NCBI GenBank assembly: GCA_040954595.2
Contig: CM082592.2
Coordinates: 10,858,017 to 10,922,016 of the forward strand
Source: Balanoglossus misakiensis
Taxonomy: Eukaryota; Animalia; Hemichordata
Length of the DNA stretch: 64,000 nt
Direction of reading: 5' to 3'
The notes under the pieces were generated by a model. That model had not been told where the DNA came from, ran no database searches, and saw only the letters and a list, made by a program, of their open reading frames with translations. Of the stretch, positions 45,210 through 57,700 are shown in pieces; position 1 is the first letter of the stretch; each line of letters begins with the position of its first letter. A program made the translations under genes and the position numbers.

Positions 45210-45556
45210 AGACAATCAAAGCAATGTGTGTCGTCATGGTTTTCTATTTTAAAATAGTTGGCCCATCACCCTGACTTGCATTGAAGATTTTTTAAATTGT
45301 CCTGTAGGGAAGCCATTCAAAATTGGCCAAAGTTGACCAAAGATGAAGAAACAAATGATGGTGCACAGCATCATAACCTCTGTTTTTACTATTTACTAGT
45401 GATTTAATTAATGAAATGTCATAGACTGTACACAGTCGAAAGAATTCTGCAAACTAGTCTACGATTGCATCGATCATGCTACCAACGCTTGTGCTTGTAC
45501 TCAAACCGAGGCTGAGGGAATCCTCGAGAGAAGAAGTAACGAACAATCGCATAAAG

Positions 45557-46238
45557 ATGGCGCAAGGCAAGATGAAGGTGAAAGCCCAAGTTCCTGGCAA
45601 GGGACGAAACAAACAGAAACACACGCATCAAAAGGGTCCGAGGAAAGGAGGTAAGTTGGTGGTGGACGTAGTCTGGAATGTTTGTGGTCGCAGATATCTC
45701 TCAGGCTGTTTTCATGTGGGGTTCTTCCACAAACCGCATGCGTACAGCGTGTGGTGAACGGCCAAACAGCAGTCTTTACCCGCACGCGTGTTCATTTCCA
45801 CACACATTTAGGTTCATGGTCACGGTACCACAGGTCTGCCAAACTACGGTGCGGCCTGTGCTAGATATATATCACCATGTCATGTAAACTCTTTTCTTTC
45901 TATACACTTACAGGAAGAATAGTGAAACCAAAGAAGGCCAGACATGTTGAAGTGACAAAACTTAAAAAGGTTTGTTTTATGAAACGTTACCCTCCTTATG
46001 CTTCATTTCAATGCGGCAACCCCATTGTCTAGATGGAAGACTGCCTCGGCCTGTACACAATTCTAAATCCAGGTGGTGTTCTCTTTTTTCTGTGCAGGGA
46101 ATAGAGAAGATAATCAACCACAGCATTGAAGCTGAAATCACAGCGAGGGCCAACACAGTGGAACCGAAACCGTTCAACATCAGTCACCCAAAGCCAGAAC
46201 CGAAGAAAGAAGGAAGGAGGAAGAAAAAAAAGAAATGA
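45557..46238 (+). CDS. C19orf53: Leydig cell tumour 10-kDa protein homologue (UPF0390), 96 aa, small and basic
   Basis: Exons 45557-45650, 45914-45969, 46098-46238 (291 nt): MAQGKMKVKAQVPGKGRNKQKHTHQKGPRKGGRIVKPKKARHVEVTKLKKGIEKIINHSIEAEITARAN... The MAQG...KGPRKGGR.I.PKK pattern is that of C19orf53. AATAAA at 46447. Confidence 0.88.
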
Positions 46239-49200
46239 AGATAATCACTCAAATTTAGAGATACATTTCTTTTAGATTTAGACACAAGCAGATGTGATCT
46301 CTCAACCAGCACCAACACGAAAATTGCCACTGCAGCTGAAAACTGAAATGGTCAAAATGTTTAAAAGGTATACTCTGAGTCATTTGTAGATGCTGGGTGT
46401 AAAATATTGATATATTGTCCAGGCAAATATGAAACCACATATTTCAAATAAATACATAATATAACACCGTCTTTGAAGGATTTTCTGTAACATTAGTACA
46501 ACGTGTACTAGCAATGTAGAAGTTATATTTTATGTGACCACTTGAGGGCGCTTCAATACAACTGCCACCCATACTCGCAATCAGCAATTCAAACAAGTCG
46601 TGACTGACAGCCAGGAATATGTCATCAATGCATGTTTGTTTTCTTTGTCTCGGTTGAGTATAATCCCGCTGGGGAAAACTTGCATTTGAGTGCAATGTAG
46701 CAGTAACAACGTGGTCCCTGCAAGTTGCTATTATGTCTAGTTTTCAGTGAACCAACAATCAGTCAGTGGGGCCAACCATAGCATACTTCCCTCTGGGCTT
46801 TTTACTTAAAACGACACACAATCCAGCAAACAGTTGAAACAGTTTTGGTTCGGGTTGCCGTTCAAATCATTCACCAGCTTACCTTTGAAGAGCACATGAA
46901 ATAGGATCTTGGCTGAAGTACACATCCTGCCTTGCCAATTGCTAAGTAATTGGTAAAGTGAGAACCTGTTTTCTGAAGTCGTGGCTGGGAAGGAAACAGT
47001 TTCATAAGAAAGTCAGTTTAATATTTCCATTGGCAATCTTGGAAGAATGATTAATTTGCTTTTCCAGTATTCTGTTCCGTAGCTACAGACACAACATATG
47101 TGGCTGTGGTTCTTAAGAGAGGATGAATCATAGTTTCTTGAACGTTAAAAACAATAAGGCAGCATGTCTCTTCTTGCTGTTCATCAGATTCCAGTTGTAT
47201 GCAAATTATCTTCCAATACAAACAAGTTGACGGTCTGGATCCCCAAAGTGGGACTGCCCTTCAGTGGAGTAACTTCAGGGATTTACATGTTTTGTTGGAA
47301 TTAAAGTTGTTTACAAGTGTAGAAACATGAAAATAGCTCACAGCAGAAATACTTGTCTGACTACAGCAGATGAATCCCCCTTTCTAATAAAGCGCGGCTG
47401 CTTTGCCCGAGTTCTCCCTTCATGATTTGGGGATGGAGGGAGAGAGTTCAAATGCAAGACTTGGCTTCATTGCAAAAATACAGTGCTATATGAATGTGGG
47501 TCAACTATCACCTTTAAATTCATCATTTGATGTCATCATTCAATTTTGTACCCTACTTAAACCACGAGCTGGAAAACAACTTGTTTTCACTGGTGGAATC
47601 TTTCATAAATCATTGTTGAAAGCGCGCACAAACGTAACCAATTCCCTCAAATAAAGTTGTATACCAATCAATTGTTCCCCTCTCCGCAACACATTGGATG
47701 ATCTTTAATCCTGCGACACCTTCCTTAGACAAGTACACACTTCACGCGAACAGAAAGCGTCGAATTGTCCCCGAATAAATACCCTGTTGTTCGGTTTGTT
47801 GGTTTCCCCTTTATGAATCGCTGCACGGGGTCGTGCTCCTGTCAGAGTGGCTGTCCACAGCCGGTCGGTAATCGGTCATATATGGGTGACGCCCCACTTC
47901 GGTTTGTCTTCGCGTATACCTGGACAGATGCGACCTGACGCGGTGGTTCTGACACAAGAAGCCCTATAAATGGACCCATCTGCCAGCTAGCAGCTGCAGT
48001 ACGTACAGGTGTGAGAAGTTGGACATCTACGTTGCTGGTAGTCTGCTGTTGAAAGAATACCACGCGCTTTAGGATACCTGCTTTTCGGAGGTGGAAAAGC
48101 ACCGCTGAAGGACAAGAAATGTCTGTGAGTAAAAGATTGCCTTGCTTTAATAACTTCAACGAGTCATGTGCAAATTCACGCCGTCCTCTTCAGACTGGGG
48201 TACACGTTTTGTCAATTAGTGGCTAAGTGATAGCATTCACGCGACGCAAAAAAACGAGAGATACTTCTACAAGCCGAGATCAAACGGAATGATTGCTTTA
48301 TTATAGATAACGCGCATCACAACGTGAACTGCAGAGTCTGCGGGCAGGAATTGTGAATGTTTACTGAACAAAGCCCGTGTCCTAGATTCCTACTTCGCTT
48401 TTACCCCAGTCCACTCCAGACTTTTACGTATCAATCTTAGAGAAATAGACAATTTCCTTTACGTAGTTTCTTGGTTTTGTGCCTCATTGAGTGCACACAA
48501 ATGCCTGTTTGCAAATTTGTTTTGTTAACTTCCCAACTTGCGTGGTTTTCCAAGATGTCACAACCCCCTATGCCTATATGCCTTCCCTTCTGTGCGCAAT
48601 ACCCGTGCGACAATACATACGTTGGTATCTTCAATAGTTCTCTTGTTGTGGCATTCAGATGCTCTTCCCCTTACAAAAGCCCCTCGCTGTTAAAATGACG
48701 TTCGTAAAATTAATCGACCTGAAAAGAAGCCTGTCATCAGAATGAATAGACTGTCACCATCATGAAAGGACTGCCATAGGCACAAAATAGTTATAAACAG
48801 GTGCTTATAAAGTTTGGGGACATTTTACAGACTTACAATTCTGACATTCTCGTTTTCCGTGATGAGAACAGTGTATAGGACTATACGACTGAGTATATGT
48901 AATTAGTTGGATGGACACCAAAGTATAACGATGAGGCGGCCAAAAAGTTAACCTCTTTTTCGATTGTATTTACTTCGAGTTGAATTTGAAGTTGCAACAC
49001 CCATTTACCGTTGCCAGAGATTAGTCCTTGTTATTACTGAAAAGTTCTCATCAATCTGTTACTGCAACCACCTTGTTGATGAATCCACATTTGTGTAGCA
49101 GATGGTGCGCGGTGAAACCAGCCGACAAGATGAAGGCCGCAAATGAACGATAAAAAGTACAAAACACAGACATAAAACGGAATCTAAAAGTTCGGAAATC

Positions 49201-49499
49201 ACACAAATGTAACAATGGATACCTGCGGGTAGAAAAACCACGAAATCAAACGCTTCCCCTCTCCCGAACAACAGAACCGCTGTTGGAGAAACTGGTCGTA
49301 TACTTTTATCCCAAATCGCGCTATTGTCACTTCTTAAAAATAAAACGGTCGGGTGATTATTTTGAACAAACCACTCACAAACTGTACATAGTTCGTCACA
49401 AGAATATTGGCCATTCAACTTCTCCCATTGAGTTTAACACTGTTGTGTTCAGTGGGTAATAAACGGACCGGCGACTTTATTGCACAATATGACTAAAAT

Positions 49500-51700
49500 C
49501 TCGCATAAGTGCGACCTACATTATACATGTATTTTTTTCTGGCCAGAGTCTAGTTGCGACTTTTATTTTAGCGATTTCGCTTTATAGGTAGGGCCGGTCG
49601 GAAAGACTCCGAAAGTGGTAAGCGTATATTTGTAAATCGCTCGCCTGTCGCACCAGTTGTGTGTTTTTCTCTGAGCACAGTAACATGTACATGTACAATC
49701 TCCACTTTGCGCATTGGCGATGAAAGAGTCGAATGCTCGCATTTTCGATGCTCGATCCGAAATAAATCAAAAAGTTGATATGTTGATTGTACCAGTACTA
49801 GATTAGAGCGACGCCAGAGGTCATACGAAGAGAGTTGGTGATAGTTCATGAAGAAGCTTTGATATCTTTTTTTCTACCGGAGTGGTTTGAACGACTTTTA
49901 CCCAAAACGGCGCTTTTTCATACGTTTTCGTTCAGGCTGTTTTTCTCTTTCTTTCCTGTAGAGCGAATTGTATTTTCCCTGAACTGAGAAAACAACCAAG
50001 CTGATGGAGATGAGCGCATGTTCCTCCAATCATGGATGTTCAATTGGCTTAAGATACATCTATTCACAGACAGAGATTTTTTTAACTTCGAAAAGATAAA
50101 ACTTTTCGTCTGTTACAGTTTAATATCCATGATTCATGAGTTGACATTTCGTGTGCTTCCAACTCTTTCCGTCGATCGTGCTAGTTGCTCGTGGTGATTG
50201 GCATAATGTTTACAGACCTAACTATTCAAATGTGGGGATGCCTTCTGTAATCTGCCAAATGACCAACTAAGAACTACGGATAGTTTGCTAGTTTTTCGGT
50301 TTGAAAGTACTACAGGGAATAGTTCGTCACAAATGGAAAGGATAGGTGGGCTTAAATGGTAACTCCTCGACACTTTTCGCGTATTTCGGCGAGGACTCGT
50401 GTTGTGTAAGGACGCGTGAACCCTATTTGCATGAATACAACACGCCATATGATGCTAGGTGCCCCGCCCACTAAACTTCCTGATCCTTTGGGGTTGAGTG
50501 GGCTGAACTCAAAACACAGAGCTGGTTTTACGGTCGTAGTCATCGGTTTTTCATACAGATTGTTCAGAGATTCAAATGTCGAGTGAGTGGAGTGCAAGTG
50601 TGTCGGCTATATAGCACTCCGATCTTTTCCCTCCTCCTGCACGATGGACGTCTATGTCGGTAAAGATGAGCAAGCCCTTCGAAAGTTGGTGAGTGATACT
50701 CGTTTCATTGCATCGCTCTAGCGCCAATCTATCATCAGTGTACATACTATACAGTACAGGCCATCTCGGCACCGCATATGCTATACTCTGACAACGTATG
50801 TAACCCCATCGCCGAGACGAATACCGTTGCCTTTACGCTCACTTGCCCATCAAAGAAGTGTACCCGGTTGAAAATATTTCCCAAGCCGTGTACTGAAAAC
50901 TGTTGCAGCGCGGCGCGGCCAGATCATGTCCGGGATTCGTGTCAATCGATCGTTCGTTCGTGCATTTGTCTCTCAACCCATTGCGAGCTTGTTCATCCCT
51001 TGGCGATAGTATTTAATTATACTGTTGAGCCCGGGGCCAAATTATAACACACCACTTCATACAGTCAGGTAGGAGCATTTGACAGAGAACAGCCCCGAAA
51101 TGGACCAATCTATAACAGTGGTAGAGTAGTATGTCCATCATCTGTTGGTTGGTAGATACGTGGCGATCGCAAGCAGGGACCAGACCAGCATTGCTGCAGG
51201 AAAGCAACCTGATGAATACGGGAGGTTTACGGACAGCAGACGGCAGTAGTCCATCGGAGGTATCACTAACGAGTGACACTACCAACGGCAACGCACAATT
51301 TGCCTCGGGGCAGTTTACTCACAGTCCCTCCACCTGGGACTCTGGTTTACAATAGTCATGCATATCAAAGCGCAGCCAACCCAAATCCGCAAATGTACTT
51401 TTGCTGAAATCTTTCTTTTGTTGCATTTGTATATCTGTACGTCACTCTTCACTTCAGAGACACGGGACACGTTTTTTGTGTGGTTGGAACTAAGTAAAGC
51501 TATGACGAGAGTCGTAACTTCGAGAATTTAATAGCGTTTTAACCGCAGTCCCTCAAAAAGAAGGCCTGTGTTACATAATATGACAATGGTTCTGTCCCCG
51601 GCGCGTCGCAAACGTCCAGGCCACTTTGTCATACCATTCCAGGGGAGGGGGGGATCCGTTTCACACTCCCGAAAAGTGTTAAATACGCCCCATAATAGAT
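49500..51700. promoter_or_regulatory. CpG-rich promoter-like region of an unidentified gene
   Basis: CpG density is visibly high compared with 52-64 kb; GC box gccccgccc at 50461. Confidence 0.45.
50644..50688 (+). CDS. Candidate short first coding exon (MDVYVGKDEQALRKL) of an unidentified gene with a long first intron
   Basis: acgATGg in good Kozak context, 15 open codons, strong donor TTG|GTGAGT, inside the CpG-rich region. No downstream exon was recognised. Confidence 0.35.
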
Positions 51701-54700
51701 GATGTATATTTCACTTCTTGTATGTTGCAAATAAACCGAAACATTGTTGCAACTTCTAAGTACTTAGCAGATCTCTTCACCGGTTGTCACTATCTTCTTG
51801 GGAGGGGGTTCTGAAAGTATCCCCCCCCCTCCTCTGGAAAGTACTTGGTGAATATCAGAGACTTGGCCAGTGGTCCATTCACATCTCTGTGGGAAAAAAA
51901 GCAGTAACTCAGTTATAAACAATTGAGAAAGTTATAAAGTACACATGTAATATCCTGTCTAAAGACATTTACAGGGTAATACTAATGTGTAAGTGGTACA
52001 AGTTATTAATAAAGGCCATGAGCTGCAACTCAGAAAAGATGGGAGGGAGAGGCAGGGATTGATCATCCAAAGCCATGATCAATAGATATGCATTTTTGAC
52101 TTGTGAATACACCTGTGACATGTACTGATAACATTATGTAGACTGTACTGTACAAGAATCAATAGTCATCTTATTCATTAAAAGAAACTTAAGTTGTCAG
52201 CAAACTAATCCATCATACTTGTTCCAGGTTTCATCATCGCATGTCACATTCCCATCTCACATTTTTATGTAGAAAACATGACTCAGAAATCTGGAGTGTA
52301 ATTAATCAAGCATTGAAGTCTGTTGACAATCTTTTAGGGCCTCACATGTTAACCTATGCAAATGAGTTACAAATCATCAATTCCAAGGAGTCTTAACCCA
52401 AGGGGTTGCCATGGTTATCATACGATATTTCAAACTCAATTGTCAAACGTTCACTGCTCCTTAAAATTTCACCAGTTATTTACTTTTTACTTTAAGACAT
52501 ACACAAAACTTGAAATCTGTGGAGAATTGCATCTTTTGCATCTTACAAACTCCTTAGTCCTCTTCTAGAATTATTGATATCGTCTTGGAAGTAGCATAAT
52601 CTACACTAAGTCAATGTTTACCACCCTTTGAAGTTCTTTTCAAGTATTTCTTTTTCTTTTTCAAAGAAGGTTTGTGTTCACTTCGTGACAAGTCAAGGTG
52701 AATGCATGTTTATGTGTCGTGCAAGTAAAATCGCTGGCCACTTAATCCATGTATTTATCTTTGTGAACGTCACGGATGTTTTTAGCAACATTCTGTTTGT
52801 CAAACATTTTCACAACTGCAGTGTGTAAATTCTCGAGCAGTTTTGTAAAGCGTGCTGATTCAGAGAATGTGGTTGGTGGATTAGTTCGACACTGAAGTTT
52901 GTTAAGTGGGAATTTCGCATCCTAAGGGGCTGAACCAGCAAATGGTGCGTGAAATACTCAGTCAGGAGGTTTAGGTTTGGGTCCAATATGCTTTCTTTAA
53001 TAAAGAACAAGTGTGTTGATATATGGTCTTCACTCACTATTCACTCACTCATACACCCACCCACTAAATCCTCTCAAGTTAGTCCCCCCACATACATGTA
53101 TGATGTAAAACTTTCATCAGTTGGGAATATGACATTTGTTTATCAATAAGTTGTTTATGGAAACTTAATTGATTGATCCTGAACTGCCTGGACATTTTTC
53201 CCAGACATCTCATCTTGTTCTGTTTATAACAAGTAGAGATGATTGAAGCTGTCGACATTTCAGAGAATAATACAGTCATCTTCTATATATGTGGTCTGCG
53301 TCTTGGTTCAGTTCAGTCACCCTGCCTGAAGAATGACTCACTCAAGAAAGTTCTTCTAAACATCATACACTATAACTTGGCGCACTTGACCATGACAGAG
53401 GTCACTCTGCCTGCCCCTTCAATAATTTTCCAAATTCTTCTGTCTGTAGAGACCAGTTAAATACTTACAATAAAGATTCAAGTCCAGATCAACTGCATCA
53501 TAGATTGGATGTAGCATACCTCATTAATATTGAACCTGATTTCCTTGACCAACAACTCTGCACTCGGTTCAGAAAAGTCTGTAATTCCACTCTGATCTGT
53601 GACAGGGATAAAAGAAATGTGATATTTTTAACCATGACCGTGCAGTGTTTATGTGTAAAAGTTCACAGCAAACACACAACTTCATGAACAACTTTGGAAT
53701 GAAGTAGCAGTTATCTGAGAAGTTTATCTGGAAATCTGGGAGATAACATGAAACAAACAATGACTTGGGTGGTTAAAAAGCAATTGATCAGTAATTGTTA
53801 TTCCGTCTGAATCCAAAGAATGGTGTTTTGAGTTGGAGTCACCTTTGAGCCGAACATATTTGATCATCGCACAGTAAATCTATTTAGACTTCAGTATTGC
53901 TGGTCATATTGATAAGTTTGTACATCATTGAGAACAGGTGTTTGTGGCTGGAAGCCAGAACAGATAAGAGGTTTTTTAATTGCATGGTCTATAGAGTTTG
54001 TACTATTAATGAGATGCTGAAGGATTTTGAGTGAATAGTGGACTATTGATCGAATGAATAGATGTGTTTGGTAAGGATGTGCAGCATCTAAATGAGCGAT
54101 ACATAACTCATTCAAGCATTCTCAGAAACTAAGGTTCAGTCCCAGTCGGATGTTCCTAGTAGAATTGCTCCAATGATTCTACAAGGTTGGAGGAACTCCC
54201 CTGAAGGTTGTCATCACTGTAGCGTGGAGTTGCACGGAGTAGTTTGACAACTGAATTTTTTCAAGTGTAGCAACCAACCGCCCATCCTTTATCTTCTACA
54301 GATAGAGTTTCACTTTGAAAGTTAACCCTATTGTACCAAGTCAAAGCGATGATATTTGAGTGGAAGCGAGAATGTCACAATTCACTGACTATAAGCCTCA
54401 TTGGTGATCACTGTTTCAGTGAAGCATCCTTGCAGTATATGTGTGTGCATGCATGTGTGTCTCTGTGTCTGTCTGTATCTGTCTGAGTCTGTGTGCAGCA
54501 TTGGAAGTTCACATGTGTCAGGTCTTAGGTCTACTTCCTATCCTTGAACATTTGTTCTTCTGAAATGAAGTGTGCCATACACTGGAACAGAATCACAAAG
54601 ACCCGGCCTATGTGTCTATGTTAATGGACTGCACTGCAATAACTCATACTTGCACTTCACTGCACACGACTATACCCCGGGACAAAATCTGCCCTGTGTG

Positions 54701-57700
54701 AGGCTTTAAAAGTCCCCGTAAAGCTTATACTTGCATGGACACGCTGATGGTCAGTTTACCATGAATTGTGAATACCTTGTCATACTTGATAGAGCATTTG
54801 AGTACAGTCCTTCCACGGTGATGGAGATTGTGATTTGAATGATAACAGTGTTGGAGGGAGGGCCAAGGATCGATTATCCGGTGGTTTTGACAGAGAGTGG
54901 CTCTGGGTGGTTCTGTCCTGTGCTTATATACAGGTCTTCCTTTAGCTGAACAGATATGTCAGAGAATCTTCAATAAAACAGAAATCTAGCGTTGTTGTTC
55001 TTGAGTTTTGTCCATGTCAGTACAAATACTACAATGGGTTTTGCCAACGTCATTATTGGTCGGTTTAGGCAAGTTTCATGTTTCCATATGATAAGCCCAT
55101 AACTGTGAATTTTACAGGGCTGACAAGTCAAGGTCACATTGACCCAGAGTAAATCAGTCTGCAGGGCATTGTGGGAGATTGTTGGCCAGTACATGTATAC
55201 TATGCTAGGTGCTGTTTTCATCAAGTTTCCCACTGTAAATGGGCAATGCTAAGTGAAAAGTGTTGTGGTTGAAACTGCCAAGTGCCAATAATTGAATAGA
55301 CATGCCAAGGTTGGAAATTCACAACATAAACATGTTGCATGTTGTTTTAAACAGGATCTGGTGCATGCCTGTGTCCTGGAGAGTTCAGTCCAGGGTTCCT
55401 TGCAAAGGTCAAGGTCAGATCTCAAGTTCAGATCACTTGGCTCTGCTGTGAAAGGGGGGGGGGGGGTCAGTGGTCCTTGATTTACAACTGGTTCTGCAGA
55501 CAGATTAGCTGGATTGAAGTGCTAGAGAAAACTGTTGTAGTTTCTCATTTAGCCAATCAAATCGTTGATGCCATGTGACATCACATTGGCCGCATAAAAT
55601 GTATTGATTATAAAACTATGTCACAAGTTTGAACATGAAATTGATTTGTAACAATGACAGAGTTTATTGTTTTATTTCAAGGTTATCACCTTTGTAATAA
55701 TCTAAAAGCAATTTATTACAATCCTATTACAAACAAAATTACAGTCCCACAGACTTGCCTTGTTATATTATGATAATTATGAAATGTTTGCAACAACATG
55801 TTACAGTTTTCATCATAATGTTTCTTTGTCAGTCAATTTATGTAAGACTTGTCAAGTCATGGAAACATTTGGTAGGATGGAACATTTTATTATGAAATAT
55901 AGAGAGCACTTTCAGAGTATTGTGAAAGCGCTCTTTGAAAGCACCTTTATTTATGGCTAAAGCCAGGTGTGTTGTTTAGAGCATTGTATTGAGTCATTGC
56001 GATCACAATCTAATCTGCTTCCCTTTACTGCTTGTCGTCTCAACTGGCAGTTAAAGTATTGGTGGATGGGTCAATAAAATGAATAGGCAGTGTTTAGTAT
56101 GCCCTTGTCTGTTTTATTGTGCCCTTTAATGCAACACCTGTGCTGTAACATGTTGGCAGCTAGTCCCTAAATGTGTTGTACGCAGTGTTTGTCAGTAGTG
56201 TCATCTAAGAGATACATGTATGTTTGTTGTGAAATGTATCCAGACATCAGGCATGAGGAAACAGTGTATGCATTGCAAATTGCAATGTACATGTAAATGT
56301 AAATACAAATGTATATACATGTACAGTAATATGCAAATTACAGTGTAAATATACAGCATGCCAGAATGAATACAGTATTAGTTTTTGTACTGGTACATTG
56401 TAATTAGTTGGAAGTCTAGCGTTATGAGAAACATCATGAATTATGCACAAATTTCTGAAAGCTAATATTCAGTCAAGGAAACAAGTACCATGGAAAGTTC
56501 CAGTGTCTATAACAAATTGCTTAATATGGTCATGAAAATTCACACACACAAAGTATCTAATTTTATGACATGCCCAAAGATCAAAGCATCTCTTATTTTG
56601 ATAGTGGGTGGTGGCGTTTCACATCTAAAGTTGAGTCACTTCAGAGTCTGCATCACCAAAAATGATGTAAAAGACCCGACTGTGTGATTATTTCGTAGTG
56701 TTATTTTGATTTAAAATATTCAATATTATGACAGCATAGGCATAGCCCTAGTGATACATTTCAAAAATTGTGTTTCAATGTTTTGAACATTAAATTATCA
56801 TGTGATCTGTACTTTATCGCTTGTTGTTTTGAAACATTGATTTTTAAGTACAAGTACACACAGAATTCATCAATGGAGTTGGTAGATCTTCGGGCTCAGT
56901 CAGTACTTTGCTCTGGTTTCATTGTTTTTACCCGGTAATGATGATATGAGACCACAATAGAGAAGAAAATTAAAGAGACAATTAAAGAAAGCGTGCCAGC
57001 TAGTGCTACACTGTAGGTTTGTTCCATAAAATATCAAAATACCAATTTATCCAGAAATAGCGCTAAGTGGTTGCGTGTATACCCTGACCCTTTGACCTAA
57101 CAGTGAATATTCATTGTGTTTGTGGTTGATTTATGGTCCCTCCATCTGTGAACATCGTAATGTAACTTCTCTTGTTATGTTCAATTTCAGTATGGGAGGT
57201 CTCCTAAGCCAGGGTTCCAAAGAATGGGTGTGTTCCCTAAACTAATAATACCCCTGCAAGCTTTATAGGAGAAAGTATGAATTAATCAATATGTCAAAAT
57301 GACATATTTTTTCCCTATGGCCTTACTGGTGTCAGTGATTTGTGATAAATATTTGTAATTTAATAATCCCAATGAATAATGTTTAGGCTTTAAATGGAGT
57401 GTAAAATTGTGATTTGTGATCGTGAAGCCTGAGTAAGACCTGGATGATGGATTGATCATTGGCGTGATGAAAGAGAGATTTAATTTGAGACCCATACAGT
57501 TCGAGATTAATTCGTCTAAGTTGCAGACATGGCAAAGGTGGAGGCCAGCCCAGTTCATGGTGAATTCAAATGTTATAAAAATGAAAACAAAGTACAGAAT
57601 GTGTGGAATCTCTTCTAAAATTCCGGGCCCTTCTGACCTCTCTATCCAGGCTGTCTCCACTTCCATGAATTGAAAAAAAATGTTGAGCACACTGGAAAAT

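Noticed and set aside
45476-45556. In-frame upstream ATG extending C19orf53 by 27 aa
   Set aside because: The family starts at MAQG, which has good Kozak context (aagATGg); the upstream part is probably promoter or 5' UTR.
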